A DNA stretch of 64,000 nucleotides. Source: Vitrella brassicaformis CCMP3155. Lineage: Eukaryota > Protista > Chromerida. Numbering within the stretch: position 1 is the stretch's first letter; each line of letters starts with the position of its first letter. Below, piece after piece: positions 60,709 through 64,000 of the stretch. The stretch spans positions 1 through 64,000 of the forward strand of contig CDMY01000274.1 of assembly GCA_001179505.1 (NCBI GenBank), given 5' to 3'. Both the position numbers and the translations under genes were made by a program. The notes under the pieces were generated by a model. That model did not search any database and was not told the origin of the DNA. It saw nothing but the letters and a program-made list of their open reading frames with translations.

Positions 60709-62270
60709 ATGGCGGAGAGTTCCGAGGCGAGAAAAAGGCGAGACGGCGAGACGGGGGCTTCTAAGCAAGTTTTTCTGTTTTTTTTTTTCCAGAACATCGC
60801 CGTCGGCAAGCCCTCCCTGCTTATGATCGCACATATGGACTCAAGGGGTGAAGATGACTGCCCCATTCAACAACATGTTCAACCCATGGGGTCATGCTGG
60901 AGAACACGTGCGGCCTCCCGTCCTCACCCCACCTCGTCAGGCTTCCAGGGCGCCCCCTCTTCACCTACGGCACAGCCCGTGACGAGGACGCACGCCAACG
61001 AGGGGTTATTCATCTGCGGTGGTCAGCGAGAAAGATCCATTCGCTATGATGGGCACTGCGAGAAAGATGCATTCACCCCTCCTCTCGCAGGATGGGCCCG
61101 CTTACGTCCCCCAAAGGACGGCAGGATACAGTATACATGAAGAGAATATCATCGCCGAATACATCATCACGCCAACTTCGTTGCACAAAGTACGCGTCGC
61201 CACTCTCATGCATCAAATGGCTTTATTTTCCCTTTCTCTGTTGCATCAGACCGGGCGCGAGCCCCTTTGTCAGCCTTTTCCCACGTCAAGAGAATGGCCT
61301 GTTTGAATGTCGAGAAAAACGCAATTGTCTTCATCGATGAGATCGACACAACATGCAACAAAAGGGTCAGCAGGCAACCTAGCGGTGGTTCTGTACACTT
61401 TCTCTATGTGGTGTTGATTCCCTCAGGGAGAGCGAGATTCAGGGTTGGACATCTCACGCGAGGGCGTACAGCACGAACTCCTGCTGCTGATTGGCGGCAA
61501 GGACGTACGGACATCTGGCGGTAAGCGGCTGACCGACAGTGCACACCAGAACACGCAATATATTGTTTATTGGGGCATTCAGGGACAGTCAGCACACGCA
61601 ATATATTGTTTATTGGAGCTGGGGCGTTCCACAAAGTTCAGCCAGAAGACATGAGCACGGCCGGTTTCAAACCCAGGTCAAGCTGCACGCCTTAACGGTG
61701 GATGATCTCTACAGCATTCTCAAGTGCCCCAAGGCGAATATCCTGGAAGGGCAAAAACGTATATACACACTGACACTCCAGCACATGCATGTGCTTTGGT
61801 TTGTCTGTCTCCTTGCCTCTCTCGGCGTGTGCTGTCTATGTGTATTTCAGGTCTGTTGAGACAAGACGGAGTCACCGTTGAGTTTGAGGAGCAAGCAATT
61901 TGGGAGATGGCCAAGAGGAAGCACGAACGGCCAAGGTGAATATATGTATTGCCTGCTACTTGCAGTTGCCCACAAGGCAAACCAAGCAACAGGGGCGAGG
62001 AGAGCACCGGCGCCCGGCGACTGCAGACAGTTGTCAACAGGTTAGCAGAAGTCATGTCACTGACTTAAGCCATGATACTGATCATGATGATCAGAGTGAT
62101 GGCGGACGCCCAGTTTGACGCACCTAACATGCTCCATCCAGGCGACCAGTATGCGGCAGGCAAAACAAGTATTTTATATTCTCGTTCATTGCTGATTTGA
62201 TCATGCTTTAGTGTGGTGATAAATGTGGAGGAGGTCCGAGAAAAGTTTCCCGAGTTGGCCGATTCGCCGT
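60630..62270 (+). pseudogene. hslU: Decayed HslU (ClpY) AAA+ ATPase
   Basis: Collinear HslU-like blocks in changing frames: ERAADLASNHIWRR (AKRAVAIALRNRWRR), KPSLLMI (no intact Walker A read), AIVFIDEID (Walker B), ISREGVQHELLLLIGG, TRNILFIGAGAFHKVQPEDM, GRFQTQVKLHALTVDDLYSILKCP, LLRQDGVTVEFEEQAIWEMA, ESTGARRLQTVVNRL, FDAP, VVINVEEVREK. Confidence 0.7.
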
Positions 62271-63091
62271 GATATGTACGAGAAGCCTGCGCTTATGGTC
62301 GTGATGTGGTGCTCTTCACTGTTTGGGTGCAGGTCCGGTTGCATGCCTCTCGCCGGCTGCAACAGCGAGTGCCGCGGGCGCACGTGGAAGTGCGAGAAGC
62401 GGGCAGTGTGACAGCAACAGCGACACATTCTGAGTCCACGTTCCCCTCGACGCTCACATCACTCTATGCCAACGCCCACCCGCTCCTTGACGGCGAGACA
62501 GGAGTACTCGAGGCGGCGATGAAGGATGGCCCGATGGGGGGGCAGTAATGGTGGCCGGTGGGGATCGCTGCCTACATTTTATATTCCGCTGTCCTTTCTC
62601 TGCTGAGTTCGTTCAAGTGAGTATGAGGATACATGTTCACGTGGATGCATCCATCTACACCATCTCTCTTTCCCTGAAGGGCTTCGTTGCTGAGGACCGG
62701 CGACTTCAAGGCTCACCGCGTTGCTGCAATTGAGCTCCATGCCGAAACCACCGACGTCAGTCTGTTCCAGGTTGACGACAGTCCCTCGAACCCCACGTCG
62801 CTGCTCAGAAGACGATCTCGACGACACGCTCATACCCAGCCACTACCTAGAGGCCCTGGGCGTGCATCGGTTCCTCGCGGCGTGTGCGAAAGCCCACGAG
62901 CCTGACGGCCAAGACCTGTTCCACGGCGGGGGCACTGGGCAACGGGAGAGACAGCAGGGGAGGTCGTCACGGCCTTTGAGCAGACCGGAAAGGCGGCTGA
63001 GCAGGTCATCGAGGCGTGTCTGTCACTAACGGGACACCTGGCTGGTGACTTATCTGATATACACACGATAGTCACAATCTATTCATCCTGT

Positions 63092-63122
<31 letters not shown>

Positions 63123-64000
63123 CCACAGGCTCGATGCCGTGTTCCAGCGGGGGGCATTCGAGCGCCTGGGACGGGCCCCACGAGTCGCCGGGGTGCCTGT
63201 CATATCAGCCAGCCAACGGGCACTGCACCGGCTGCTGCATCCCAGGATGAACGCCGACACGATGGCCAAACAAGCCAAGGAGGCGCAGTATGAAATATCG
63301 TGGGCGTGAGAGGTGACCGAGGGAACGAACAACACTGAGAGCACCAAGCATGCCATTAGGCCATCATACACTGGTCTTTGCCTTCGCTTGGCTGGTCTCC
63401 CTTCAGCTATCCAGGAGGAGAACGCTCGGGAGGCTCAGGGAGGGGACATAGAGAGGGAGTTTCTCCCCATCCATACACACATGTCTGGATGTGTGTGTGC
63501 ATGCGTGTTGCGTGTGTGTATGGTACTATGGGTTCGTTTGTTCAGGCCATCGCCATGCTGGAGAAAGAAGGTGCAGAAGCTCCCGGCTGCCACGCATGTC
63601 GCCAGCGTGGGTGACCAGGTGTGGGATCTCATACCGACGGATGAGATCAAACGGTAGGTGGGGAGCGGAGCCCACAGAGGCACGGAGAGAGAGGGGACAC
63701 GAGATGCGTTCATTACTCGACCTTTCTGCAGACGCCGGCCAGACATGTCTGTGTGTAAGATACGGGTGCAGCGGCCACTGGAAGTGACACATTTCCTCAA
63801 TGTGAGCGACCAAACCCAACACACACACACACGTGCAGACACACTCTAGCACTACTGTGGAAATGAATACATATGTGTCTCTCCGTTGTCCGTTCATATT
63901 GCTTCATGCAGCAACTGCCGCCTCAAGGAAGCCATCCCCGCCACCCCAAGGTTGACAACAGACGCCCCCCCACATCGACGAAATCAAACGGTAGGTGGGG

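Noticed and set aside
62300-63540. Coding gene downstream of the HslU relic
   Set aside because: There are exon-like fragments, but I could not assemble a consistent frame or recognise a family.
150-63850. Many short ORFs containing VCVCVC, HTHTHT, SLSLSL, ERERER
   Set aside because: These are translations of intronic (TG)n/(TC)n microsatellites, not real coding sequence.
1-64000. rRNA, tRNA, prokaryotic operon or CRISPR features
   Set aside because: None were recognised. The sequence is spliceosomal-intron-rich eukaryotic DNA.

Overview
This is eukaryotic, GC-rich, intron-dense genomic DNA. Its short GT-AG introns are full of (TG)n/(TC)n/(TCTG)n/(GGAT)n microsatellites, and there are four 300-N placeholder gaps. 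Gene content (alveolin-like protein, CRMP-like protein, AP2-like domains) and style suggest a chromerid alveolate such as Vitrella brassicaformis; this is inference only. Genes in order: (1) a 5'-truncated cysteine-repeat multi-pass membrane protein; (2) a giant minus-strand gene, or tandem pair, encoding a flavin amine oxidase (LSD1/PAO-like) with an N-terminal AP2-like domain and a ~8.5 kb insert of ~14 helix-sheet-helix repeats plus a SANT/Myb domain; (3) an AUH-like enoyl-CoA hydratase; (4) four copies of a lineage-expanded family with F-box-like N-termini, two frameshifted in G-runs; (5) a secreted beta-helix protein with five copies of a ~228-aa module; (6) an alveolin/articulin-like protein; (7) an Sfi1-like protein; (8) V-ATPase subunit E; (9) a stand-alone secreted family-3 solute-binding-like protein; (10) a decayed HslU; and (11) two large hypothetical genes. 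A 1.34 kb TIR element with a TA target-site duplication sits in an orphan copy of a family gene's 3' flank, and its empty site is visible elsewhere in the window. All gene models were read by eye, so exon borders are approximate.
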